This document shows positions 19,088 through 28,147 of a DNA stretch of 28,576 nucleotides, piece after piece. A model generated the notes under the pieces. The model ran no database searches. It saw only the letters and a program-made list of their open reading frames with translations, and had not been told where the DNA came from. Every line of letters starts with the position of its first letter. Position 1 is the stretch's first letter. The position numbers and the translations under genes are program-made. The DNA comes from an uncultured Nitrososphaerota archaeon (lineage in GTDB: Archaea > Asgardarchaeota > Njordarchaeia > Njordarchaeales > Panguiarchaeaceae), in contig CAZWPQ010000028.1 of NCBI GenBank assembly GCA_964636085.1, positions 1-28,576 of the forward strand. Reading direction: 5' to 3'.

Positions 19088-19089
19088 GC

Positions 19090-19545
19090 TTATTCCTCCC
19101 TTAAATATGATTCTAATATCCTTGACAATGTATCCAGACATTGAATAATCTTTTGTTCCAGGATATCAATATTGCCCAATTCTCCCCTATGAAGTTTATC
19201 GAGAAGGACTAGAAGGTCTATTTCTTTCTTAGAGGGATCAATACAATCGCTAAAATACTCGTTTATAAGTATACCAGTGACTATGGCCCATCTCATAGAA
19301 TCATTTAGGCTTCTCTCCTTTATGTTTATGTTTGATATATATACGTTTATATTGACGATTTTTGCCTTGCTAAAAGCGAATAATATTGACCTAACGAGCC
19401 CGTCGGACATTATCATATTCGACATCCTCTTCGCATAATTAGATAGTTTTTTTAAGTCATCCTTATCAAGATTTTTTATGGAATTGACATATTTATTTAG
19501 CCTCTTCGCAACATCCAAGTCGACATAAATCACCAATATAGACAC
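19090..19545 (-). CDS. cmr5: Type III-B small subunit Cmr5 (Cas11)
   Basis: 151 aa, helical; NYAKRMSNMIMSDGLVRSILFAFSK matches the Cmr5 pattern; directly after cmr4. Exact start uncertain. Confidence 0.88.
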   Translation of the reverse strand: MSILVIYVDLDVAKRLNKYVNSIKNLDKDDLKKLSNYAKRMSNMIMSDGLVRSILFAFSKAKIVNINVYISNINIKERSLNDSMRWAIVTGILINEYFSDCIDPSKKEIDLLVLLDKLHRGELGNIDILEQKIIQCLDTLSRILESYLREE

Positions 19546-20439
19546 CTAGTAGAATTTTATCCTCAAAAAGCCCCTACCAACACTCTCGTCGCCTCCAAGG
19601 TTTATGAGTTTCTTATCGAACAGATCCATCAATCTCTTAACAGGATCTCCATGTTTTTTAGCCCGTTGAGACACGAGAACTGCAGTGAAGAAAATGCTGT
19701 ATTCGGGCAATAGCTCTTGGAAGAACAGGGCACCAGTCTCCGCGGTCTTTGTTTCTGGCACTATCCTTATCCTAGCAACCCTGAACAGAGCCCTATTTGA
19801 GATACGCATGAATGATTCATCAGAAACAATCACTAGAGCCTTCTTTATTTTCGTCAAGAGGTAATCATAGCCAGGAACATCAACCTTAACTACTTCACTC
19901 AACTTCTTTATTAGGTTTGAGAGATCCATTTTCTTTATTTTAAATCTAAACGAAGCATTTGCTAGGTATAAATATTCCCCATCCCCTGCAGGGAACGATT
20001 TATCCACAGTTGCCTCTCCATCTGACAACCCATATAGACCAGACAGATCAAATCCCAATTCCTCCCCCTTCATATGTAGGAGCCTTGAAAAATCGGCTAG
20101 TTGACTTGGTGACGTAACAAAAACATAACTATAGAAATTTGAGTGTACTGGAAGCAACAATATTTTTAGGTTCAAAAAGGATACTGCACCTATTCTATTC
20201 TCGTCTCCGAATATCCAATTGATTTCATTTTTAAGCGAATCGTCCTCTGCTATTAGACTGAGATGATTTCTCAAAGCACCTTTTAAACTTGTTGAGTATA
20301 TTTCTGGGACATTTGTAGTAACGTTTCTCTGTAACCTCAGATCAATCGTGCCCACCCCTCTTTCTGAACCAACATATACAGGGGACTCAGCCCAAAAAAT
20401 TAAAATCTTCTCAACTTTATATCCAACATTAGCAGCCAT
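19546..20439 (-). CDS. cmr4: Type III-B RAMP Cmr4 (Cas7 backbone RNase)
   Basis: SPVYVGS..GTIDLRLQR, STSLKGALR, LLLPVHS, VTSPSQL, IVSDESF, RIRI..ETKT..GALFFQELLP, NLGGDESVGRG (the ORF track starts at 20448). Confidence 0.96.
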   Translation of the reverse strand: MAANVGYKVEKILIFWAESPVYVGSERGVGTIDLRLQRNVTTNVPEIYSTSLKGALRNHLSLIAEDDSLKNEINWIFGDENRIGAVSFLNLKILLLPVHSNFYSYVFVTSPSQLADFSRLLHMKGEELGFDLSGLYGLSDGEATVDKSFPAGDGEYLYLANASFRFKIKKMDLSNLIKKLSEVVKVDVPGYDYLLTKIKKALVIVSDESFMRISNRALFRVARIRIVPETKTAETGALFFQELLPEYSIFFTAVLVSQRAKKHGDPVKRLMDLFDKKLINLGGDESVGRGFLRIKFY

Positions 20440-20441
20440 AC

Positions 20442-21620
20442 CTACCACCTCCCCAATAGAGCCGAACCGAAAATATTTGAATATTCTTTCTCAACATAGC
20501 TACGCTCGAAGACATTAATTTTGACACCAACATCAAAATAAAAAACAGAACCATAACCTGCTCCATATAGAGTCTTCCTTCTAGATCCCTCCGCAAGAGA
20601 CCATCCGCTCACCAAATCCTCAACAATCATAAATCCGCTAAGGCCCTCTATCGATGGATAAACATAGTTCTTCTCAAAAATACAGGAGGAGGTTAAAACA
20701 AGCTTTACCATTTCTTTTATGGATATGGTGAATTCCTTCTCCTCCTCTAGTATTTTTACATCATTAATCTTCCTTACATGAACAAGCCCACCTTCGCCCC
20801 CAAGCCTTAAAATTTTGTCGTCTAGCGCGTTGGATATTTTCTCCGCAATTTCGTTCCGCTCTGTATGTATAGCGAAAAATATTGACCACCCCTTTTTAAA
20901 CCAAACCTTTTCAACAATATAGTATAAGCCCTTAAGGTAGCCCTCATGTGTTAGGCCATATTTTACTTTCTTTTTGAAGGGATCCAACGATACTCCAACA
21001 GTCGCTTTCTTTTTAGCGACTTCATCTACATTTACAATATTGTTATTTCTAGATCCAAGATCTACCTCGAGAGAGTAGGGATTATTTAAGTACTCCTTCA
21101 TAAGATCCGTGGATATCACGTATTCTCCTCTTATTCCAGAGACTTTTGTCTCCTCATCCCTCATTATTTCCATCATATTTGCTCGATATGCAACCTGAAG
21201 AGGAGTAAAGCGGTCATCATCAAAAGAATCACAAAAGGCTCTTCTTAAACCTCTTAGCTTATCTAGGAAATCCCGCACTTTTAATAAAAAAATTTTTTCC
21301 CCGACTCTGACAAGATCTAGGGGGACTGGATAATATACATTATGATTTTCCATATCTACTATATAGGGCCCTATAAGTACCCAGTCCATTCCACAGTAAT
21401 TTTTCCTGTCCCCTAGAAGCTCCTTGTATTGTTCCCATTTTGATGGATCAAACGAATACTGACTACTCAAAAACTCCATTATTGCCATTCTTATCATACC
21501 AGATACTGTGGAAGGAGGAGGTAATGGATAGTGCGTAGGGGCGTATCCCCCATATTTATAGGGTTGCGGTTTCCCAAAAACGAGGGGAGTTAATGGCTCA
21601 GCCATAAACTTGATTATCAT
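20442..21620 (-). CDS. cmr3: Type III-B Cmr3 (Cas5 group)
   Basis: EPLTPLVFGKPQP, PLPPPSTVSGMIR, GPY, YYPVPLD, LRLGGEGG, SGWSL, GSVFYF. ATG at 21620 overlaps the cas10 stop (the ORF track starts at 21635). Confidence 0.95.
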   Translation of the reverse strand: MIIKFMAEPLTPLVFGKPQPYKYGGYAPTHYPLPPPSTVSGMIRMAIMEFLSSQYSFDPSKWEQYKELLGDRKNYCGMDWVLIGPYIVDMENHNVYYPVPLDLVRVGEKIFLLKVRDFLDKLRGLRRAFCDSFDDDRFTPLQVAYRANMMEIMRDEETKVSGIRGEYVISTDLMKEYLNNPYSLEVDLGSRNNNIVNVDEVAKKKATVGVSLDPFKKKVKYGLTHEGYLKGLYYIVEKVWFKKGWSIFFAIHTERNEIAEKISNALDDKILRLGGEGGLVHVRKINDVKILEEEKEFTISIKEMVKLVLTSSCIFEKNYVYPSIEGLSGFMIVEDLVSGWSLAEGSRRKTLYGAGYGSVFYFDVGVKINVFERSYVEKEYSNIFGSALLGRW

Positions 21621-24600
21621 GATACATCCCTCCATAAAACTGATTTAGAAAGCACCCTAAATAGGATATTACACAGAATTGGTATGTCCTTAAGTTTCGG
21701 CTCTGTCCGTATAAGACAGCATAATTCATGAGCTAGATTTCGAGCCAACTTTGTGTTTTCTTTAGAATCTTGCTTAGTAGCTCTCCTCGATACCTCCCTA
21801 ATAAGTACTCTTTCCATGGCGTCAAATCCATCCTCGTCCCTAAGTTCAAGAATGCCAGATTTGTCTTCGATAAGCTTACCAGAGATAAGTTCATGGAATT
21901 CTAATAGATCATGTATCAGCCTTCTGGAGAGTCTACCGTTTAGGACATTATATATTATTCTTAGGGCGAACTCCATCGGCATGAATATGTTATAAAGAGA
22001 GACCACTGATGATTCCTCGGATAATGTTGCAAACTTATGATCGATATCTGGATATATTCCCTTGAATCCACTCATCTCTGTTAGCAAACGATCTACAATG
22101 TTAATGTAACCGTAAACATCTAGGTGATCCCTTATCCGCCTAATGAGTTTTTGATCCATAGTTCTTATATACTCAAACCTACATGTATTTTCCTCATCAC
22201 CAATTTCTTTACAGCCAATAAGTACATTAGGAAGAGCCGCCTTGTATAAAATCCCACCTCTAGATGCTATGGCTATACATAGTCCGTCCTTAGTCTCGAT
22301 AATCTTATTTTCAAGACTCGTTCTCATCTTCTTCGCACAATTTTCCAAAAGTTCTCTTGTGGATTCAATTGCTAGTCTAAAGTTGAACTTGGGGTCAGCA
22401 ATAAATATTCCAAAGGAATTTGAGGCCCTCCACCCCATGCCCATAACATTTAGTCTATTATTATGGTAATCCATAAGGAGATATTCTCTAGAGAATGTCA
22501 ATCTTAGCAAAATATATACCAGATGAGTAACTTCTGGAGGTAGGATCGCCAAGACGTCATCTCCCCCGGTGTAGATCAAAAACCCACCAAATGCATCGAT
22601 TATTTTTTTGATTAAAATACTATTGCTCGAAATTATTGCAGAGATATTTGAGAGAATTGCTGGCGAAAGAGGAATAGGCATTGAGAAGATATGCTTATTT
22701 TCTATAACAGTATCATTCTTAATAATAGATTTCAGATAACCATTTCTCGCATAGAACAAGATCAGTGATGGGAGCATTGAGCCAGATATCCATTTTCCAA
22801 TATTATCGCCATCAGCCATTAGAATCGTGAAGTAATCCGAGGGGGCAGACGTTATGGGCACACCTATCTTCTCTATTATTTTATGAAAATCTGTAAATGG
22901 GGCCAACAGATCTCTAATTCTTTTAATGATGAATTCCGCCAAAGAGCTTTTATCAACATTGCTTAGAACTTCTTCGAACTTTTTATAACATTTTATCAGT
23001 TTATCAAGATCTCCAGTGAGTTTTTCTATTTTATCAATCAATTCTCTCGACTTCTCATCTAGAGAACCCTTATTTTTCAGTGCATTGATAAGTTCATGTA
23101 TTTCATCTTTGGCCCTCTCAAGAAATGCTTTGTCTAGTACTTCGCCTGATAACTTAAGGAAATCACATATATATTGACCCTCAGTTCCTATATCTTCCCA
23201 CATCTTAAAAAATACTCCACTACGACAGAATTCTCCTAGCGTAGAGAGAATTTTATTATATTTTACGAGATCATCCTCAGATTCGACGATTTTTGATATA
23301 TTACCCCTTAAGTTTGAAACAATTTTACATATCTCTCCTACCAAGCCTAAAAATTCCTTGATTATATCTTCTAGGAGACTCTTATCTAACTTAAATGTGG
23401 CATAGATCATAGTTTTAAACCACATTATGCTCATATCTGACGTGCTTGGGATCGATAGAAATTTTTTCTTTATATCCTTCTTAAAATATTCTCTGAAGAA
23501 GATATCTATTCCATACCTGAAGATTCTTTTGATAAAACCGACTGAGCAAAGTTTTTCTAAATAATCTATTGTGGAGCCAGGAATATCCCAGAATTCTTCC
23601 CAATCGATGTTTATTGCATTTCTAATACCACATGTGCTACATAAATCCCCAGTGGTATCGCCCGAGATGACATAATTTCTTCTTAATCGCCTATATTTGC
23701 TTATCATTAGTGCATATTGCATTGCCCTTATCAACATGGCCAAGTTTCTAAGTGGTACTTTTCTTGGGTATTGTATTATGTCAGGGTGGCTACTTATAAA
23801 CCTCTCAATTTCCTTTAGGCCTATCGCCTCATTTATTTCATTACATACCAATCGGATAGATTCATCCAATATCTCGAGATCACCGTTCTCAGAAATCCTG
23901 CCCTTAATACCAACTAGTCTTACGCTCCCAAATACATCCTCAAACTCTAATTTTTCAATGGACTCTTCGATCTTATCGAGCAGTTGGATTGTGTACTCAT
24001 CGGCACCACTGGATTTAAGCCACCTCTCAAATCCATGTACTGTTGCGATTTTTATCTTATTCCAACACTCCTTCATTTCATATAGTATGTGTTCTCTAAT
24101 CTCCTTGAGTGACCTAAATTTGTCCGTAGGTATCATGAAAATAAAGGTGTTGGGTATAACAGGAAGCAGAAGATATTCCTCCTCTGTATTCTCCTTGAAA
24201 ATGATGCCACGAGCAAGTGGTATTGCTGGTAGCCAAGGCATGATTATGTGATCTGGGCCGTACTCGTCGACTATAGATTTTATACCACTAAAGCTTATGA
24301 GAGACATAATATAGCTCGAGGTCCAAAGGTCTACGGTTTTTTTGGAGTTTTTAATGAAATCTTGAACACCACCAATATCCACTATAGCGATCCAGAACTC
24401 TCTACCTTTCTGTATAATCGTGGCTAGTGCACTTGTCATCTGTAGATGTGCCATTATTGGGGACGATGGCGTTCGAGTGTCCTCTGGTAGGTACAATATC
24501 CACCTAGCCACATCCCTGTAGTTACTTATGTATGGGGTATAATAATAGTTGTATAGATTGGCTAAGAGGTCGTAAAATAGCTCTTTTCTGTCGCCTATTT

Positions 24601-24868
24601 CTTTTAAGAAAATCCTTGGCATGTTATTGATATCTTTAAATTGGTCTATATCTTTGCTAAACAATAGAGCCCCCGACAAGGGATGTAATATTTGTAAGTA
24701 ATTTACACTACCCTTTATAATAAGCATTCTATTAGATGCTGAGGCATTATTATCAGATTCGCTAATAATTTTTTCAAAGTTCGTTTTGGGCGCATGATGA
24801 TTTTTTATCCCACCCAAGATAATGTCTCCAAGGCCTAATTGCTCGGCGATGCGAACAGCTCTCTCCAC
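21617..24868 (-). CDS. cas10: Cas10/Cmr2 large subunit (main ORF; the true 5' end lies upstream across a frameshift)
   Basis: NHH..SDNNASASNR (HD-domain C-terminal part), LPEDTR.P..I.AHL..TSALA, DIGGVQDFI..SKKTVDLWTSSY, PNTF, CSTCG, MADGDNIG, IYTGGDDVLA. Confidence 0.97.
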   Translation of the reverse strand: MERAVRIAEQLGLGDIILGGIKNHHAPKTNFEKIISESDNNASASNRMLIIKGSVNYLQILHPLSGALLFSKDIDQFKDINNMPRIFLKEIGDRKELFYDLLANLYNYYYTPYISNYRDVARWILYLPEDTRTPSSPIMAHLQMTSALATIIQKGREFWIAIVDIGGVQDFIKNSKKTVDLWTSSYIMSLISFSGIKSIVDEYGPDHIIMPWLPAIPLARGIIFKENTEEEYLLLPVIPNTFIFMIPTDKFRSLKEIREHILYEMKECWNKIKIATVHGFERWLKSSGADEYTIQLLDKIEESIEKLEFEDVFGSVRLVGIKGRISENGDLEILDESIRLVCNEINEAIGLKEIERFISSHPDIIQYPRKVPLRNLAMLIRAMQYALMISKYRRLRRNYVISGDTTGDLCSTCGIRNAINIDWEEFWDIPGSTIDYLEKLCSVGFIKRIFRYGIDIFFREYFKKDIKKKFLSIPSTSDMSIMWFKTMIYATFKLDKSLLEDIIKEFLGLVGEICKIVSNLRGNISKIVESEDDLVKYNKILSTLGEFCRSGVFFKMWEDIGTEGQYICDFLKLSGEVLDKAFLERAKDEIHELINALKNKGSLDEKSRELIDKIEKLTGDLDKLIKCYKKFEEVLSNVDKSSLAEFIIKRIRDLLAPFTDFHKIIEKIGVPITSAPSDYFTILMADGDNIGKWISGSMLPSLILFYARNGYLKSIIKNDTVIENKHIFSMPIPLSPAILSNISAIISSNSILIKKIIDAFGGFLIYTGGDDVLAILPPEVTHLVYILLRLTFSREYLLMDYHNNRLNVMGMGWRASNSFGIFIADPKFNFRLAIESTRELLENCAKKMRTSLENKIIETKDGLCIAIASRGGILYKAALPNVLIGCKEIGDEENTCRFEYIRTMDQKLIRRIRDHLDVYGYINIVDRLLTEMSGFKGIYPDIDHKFATLSEESSVVSLYNIFMPMEFALRIIYNVLNGRLSRRLIHDLLEFHELISGKLIEDKSGILELRDEDGFDAMERVLIREVSRRATKQDSKENTKLARNLAHELCCLIRTEPKLKDIPILCNILFRVLSKSVLWRDVS

Positions 24869-24894
24869 ATGATTCGAATAATTTAATGCCTTGT

Positions 24895-24951
24895 CTATAG
24901 GATCGTAAAAATGGAAGAGATCTTTATATCCCAGTAATCATGTCCACTCAA
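24895..24951 (-). other. cas10: Out-of-frame 5' fragment of cas10 (MSGHDYWDIKISSIF...)
   Basis: AGGTGG SD, TTG at 24951, 18 codons, then TAG. Adding one base at the T5 run (24907-24911) joins it to [Y/H]DPIDKALNYSNHVERA, the typical Cmr2 start W..KI...LHDP..KAL. Confidence 0.85.
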
Positions 24952-24981
24952 TGGTTCCACCTATAACACGCTTATAAATTA

Positions 24982-25006
24982 AAAAGTTTATTATATATAA
25001 ACTTTT
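24982..25006 (-). promoter_or_regulatory. Putative cmr operon promoter (BRE/TATA) inside an inverted repeat
   Basis: The minus strand reads AAAAGTTTATATA about 45-55 nt upstream of the TTG start. The plus strand reads AAAAGTTTAT-TATAT-ATAAACTTTT (10-bp perfect arms). Confidence 0.6.
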
Positions 25007-25209
25007 ATATATCATTACTGCATTCTTCTTTGATGCCCTTCAATTGCAATACAACTATTTCAATTCATAATTATTTTCTTTTTAATTAAGAACTTAATGA
25101 TCCATAGAAACAGTTGAGTGAATAAATAAAAAGAAATCTAACTGAGATATGATTAATATTTCCCACTTTTTAGCCATAATATTTCGGCTTGGAGATTAAA
25201 AATTGTCTG

Positions 25210-26142
25210 CTATTGTTTCCTCGCTACGATGGCTATTGCTATTATCATTAGTGATGTTATTGATAGGAAGGCTAGTACTCCTGATGTGTCTCGTTCTTCC
25301 GCAACTACGTATGTTTGTTTTGTTGTTGTTTCTGGGTTGTCTAGTTGTACTGTTACTGTTTTTGTGTTTCCGTTTCCAACTCTGTCTTCTGCATATATTT
25401 CTATTGTGTGGTATCCGTTGCTGTATTCTTTTGTGTTCCATGAGTAGCTTATTGTGTCTATGTAATAGTCGGATTTTACTTTTTTGCCGTCTATGCTTAT
25501 GGACATGTAGTATACTTCGAAGTATCTGTCCTCTGCTGTTGCCGTTATTGCTACTACTCCCCTTAGTACTTGTCCATCCCTAATGTTCAGTGTTATTCTT
25601 GGTGGAGTAAAGTCAATACCGTCCCATCCCTCTACATGTTTTGTCGTTATGAATGAGTATGTATTATCAAAAATTATGTACCATGTATCCGAGTATGGCA
25701 CCCTAAACTTCCATGTGAGTGATCCAATTTTCTCGTGATATAGATAGCATAGGAATTCTTGACCATTGCTTAGTTTCTCAAAGTTCTCTGAGTCCACTAT
25801 AAAGAATGTTATATCGTTTCCAGACGTCACACGGAAGCTACCAATTAACCCCATTCCTCTTTCCCTATACGCATATCTATAGTAGTATGCCCCCGCTGGG
25901 ACATCGATGGCAAAGCTCCAGTTTAGGTCACCACGCACATTAACATTCCCATTGATGTTCTGGCCTATACCCCTCATTGTTGAAGAGTTAGTAATGGATC
26001 CTTCACCTACTATGTATTCATTACCAGGGATATGGAGTATCCATGTAAGCCATGTAAGTATTAGGAGGAGATATGCGAATTTGGAGTTTCTCAAAGCAAT
26101 CCCCCTAATAATATCTACTACATCAACAATAGTTATAATCAT
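25210..26142 (-). CDS. Membrane-anchored surface protein with a beta-sandwich and an Ig-like domain
   Basis: N-terminal hydrophobic stretch; DITFFIVD...VPYSDTWYIIFDN; Ig-like PPRIT..GVVAITATAED..SIDG..YSWNT..SNGYHTIEIYAEDRVGN; C-terminal TM followed by RKQ. Start uncertain. Confidence 0.8.
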   Translation of the reverse strand: MIITIVDVVDIIRGIALRNSKFAYLLLILTWLTWILHIPGNEYIVGEGSITNSSTMRGIGQNINGNVNVRGDLNWSFAIDVPAGAYYYRYAYRERGMGLIGSFRVTSGNDITFFIVDSENFEKLSNGQEFLCYLYHEKIGSLTWKFRVPYSDTWYIIFDNTYSFITTKHVEGWDGIDFTPPRITLNIRDGQVLRGVVAITATAEDRYFEVYYMSISIDGKKVKSDYYIDTISYSWNTKEYSNGYHTIEIYAEDRVGNGNTKTVTVQLDNPETTTKQTYVVAEERDTSGVLAFLSITSLMIIAIAIVARKQ

Positions 26143-26290
26143 TCACTCAAACAATAAGAGAGAAGTTCGAGTATCCATTTAAGAATTCTGCTTCATGCTC
26201 ATATTCTGCCCAATGCGTCTCTTGGCGCATATAGAAGGCACAAAATTCATGCCGCTATACTAAGAATACATTCTACATTGCACCTCTAGG

Positions 26291-27673
26291 CTACTGAGTA
26301 TTTGATAATTTGTTTATGGCGTCCTCTATTTCTGCATAGCCCTGTTCGATGCTGTATTTTCCAGGTCTGATGTTTGGGAAGAACCTTAGTTGTTTGCTTA
26401 TAAGAGCCAGGATTGGGATCCATCCTAATTTTTTTGCTTCAGAAATCATGGCCTCGGTGTCTTCTCTTGATAGATATGTATACCCTTGGGTAGAGTACTT
26501 GACTTGGATTCCGATGTCTTTTTCTCCAATTTTGACATATATGTCGAATGCTCCCCGACTGTCGTGTGAGTAGTATGGTATATGTCCTTTTCTTAGGAGG
26601 TAATTACCCACGATTCTCTCTGCCCAGTGTCCCACGACCGTTACCTCTGTTGGCTCCAAGCCCTCTATTATTTGCCTTATATATCTCTCGAATAATGGGT
26701 CTACGAATTGGAACCTCGCATTTTTAGGCTTCAGTATTCCAATTCTCATTAGTCTTCCGAGCGCAACCCTGTCATCTATTGCTAGTGGCTTATCATGTAT
26801 TAGTTTTGCTATGGCCTCTATATATCCCCGACCCATGCCTCGTATTCTTTCAAGATATTCAAAGAAAAGAGGCGATAGGAACTCAAAGAGTTTTTGTTTA
26901 GCTATTCTTATTGTTCTTCTGTTTATCGCCCCTTCAACATATATTTGGTGCCCCATATATTGCATGTAGAATGGATGATGACCAGCAGCTTCAACAATAA
27001 TCCTAGCGTGTTCTTCGCTAATCTCCATACCGCCCTCAGCAAAGAGCTTCTTTATCATATACAGAGCATCTCTCTCGTTAAATGGGCCAAGATATATTAG
27101 CTGAAACCTTCCACCCCAAACATCCAACGCATTCATAAGTGGCTCAATTACTGATCCACAAACAACATAACTTATTCGGGCCCCCTCAGCAAAACCTCTG
27201 AAGAACCCAAATATGTCGCTGTCCCCAAATTTACTATAGAAACCCTCATTTCTCACCCTCTCTGGCAACAAGTGAAACTCATCAAAAAGCACGAACAACC
27301 ATTTTTTCATCCCCTCGAGTAGATCGCCAAGTATGCTGAAAAACTTTTTAAGGCTACCTTTATCCAAGCATTCCCTATATGTCTCTGTTAGATCAATATC
27401 GTATTTCTTTAACTCCTCAACAATAAAGCCTACGGGGGCATCCTCCACCTTAAGGTTCACATATATCGGCACTATGTCACTAAACTCTCTCAAAATATCA
27501 TAGTATCTATACATGAGGCTACTCTTGCCATATTTCAATGGAGCGACGATGCAGAGAAGTATCTTCCGCTTGACATTAATGTTACGGATAAAGAATTCTA
27601 TCTCTTCCCGCCGGTCAAAAAATTTCTCCTTCGGTACGGCCTCCTCGAAGATGAACGGCGACTTTCGAACCAT
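26291..27673 (-). CDS. Archaeal (STAND-like) ATPase with wHTH and a C-terminal PD-(D/E)xK nuclease-like domain
   Basis: SPF....FFDRREEI, Walker A variant APLKYGKSS, Walker B VLFDEFH, VVCGS, GHHPFYMQ, FVDPLF; C-terminal GHWAERIV..AFDIYV..GIQVK. Confidence 0.9.
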   Translation of the reverse strand: MVRKSPFIFEEAVPKEKFFDRREEIEFFIRNINVKRKILLCIVAPLKYGKSSLMYRYYDILREFSDIVPIYVNLKVEDAPVGFIVEELKKYDIDLTETYRECLDKGSLKKFFSILGDLLEGMKKWLFVLFDEFHLLPERVRNEGFYSKFGDSDIFGFFRGFAEGARISYVVCGSVIEPLMNALDVWGGRFQLIYLGPFNERDALYMIKKLFAEGGMEISEEHARIIVEAAGHHPFYMQYMGHQIYVEGAINRRTIRIAKQKLFEFLSPLFFEYLERIRGMGRGYIEAIAKLIHDKPLAIDDRVALGRLMRIGILKPKNARFQFVDPLFERYIRQIIEGLEPTEVTVVGHWAERIVGNYLLRKGHIPYYSHDSRGAFDIYVKIGEKDIGIQVKYSTQGYTYLSREDTEAMISEAKKLGWIPILALISKQLRFFPNIRPGKYSIEQGYAEIEDAINKLSNTQ

Positions 27674-28147
27674 TCAATATCTCACCAAAAAATAAAAGAA
27701 AAAAGGAGATAAAAAATGTGTCCACTTCCCACCAGTTCCCCAAAATTTCTGTTTGTCTAGCCCCCTAAAGCCAAAAATACACATAAACTTATCGCAAAAC
27801 TAGTTTCGTTAGCCAATTTTGGTTGCTTCTGACATGCGGCTGTAAGCACTAGAGAGATCAGATAGGCAGAAAGCGTTGAGGAAAAAGAGAACAGAAACAA
27901 AAACAACTGGGTGGGCCCATTCTCATTCCAGCCAACAAAACACCAAAAACTTGTGCAGTTCCTGTGCAGTTTCACAGTCAAAATTATTATGTTTAGCCCA
28001 GCGAGGTTTTGCTAAAGTAGAGATGTGGATTCTATTAATAATAGAGAAAAATTATTTAAATGTTAGAAAATTGAGAACAGCCTAATTAAACTAATATGAT
28101 CTAATATGACAATGTATTCTATGGGTCAAGAAAAATAAAAATCAGAA

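Noticed and set aside
4167-27695. Antisense or alternate-frame ORFs overlapping well-supported genes (e.g. 9104-9463, 10601-11065, 12434-12775, 17018-17512, 17859-18374, 23697-24251, 25203-25583)
   Set aside because: Shadow ORFs without motifs, lying on genes with clear family signatures.
27757-28110. Short ORFs (74 and 69 aa) and 9-bp tandem duplications TGTGCAGTT x2 and CTAATATGA x2
   Set aside because: No recognisable motif or SD; repeats this short are expected by chance, and no IS ends or RNA gene structure were seen.
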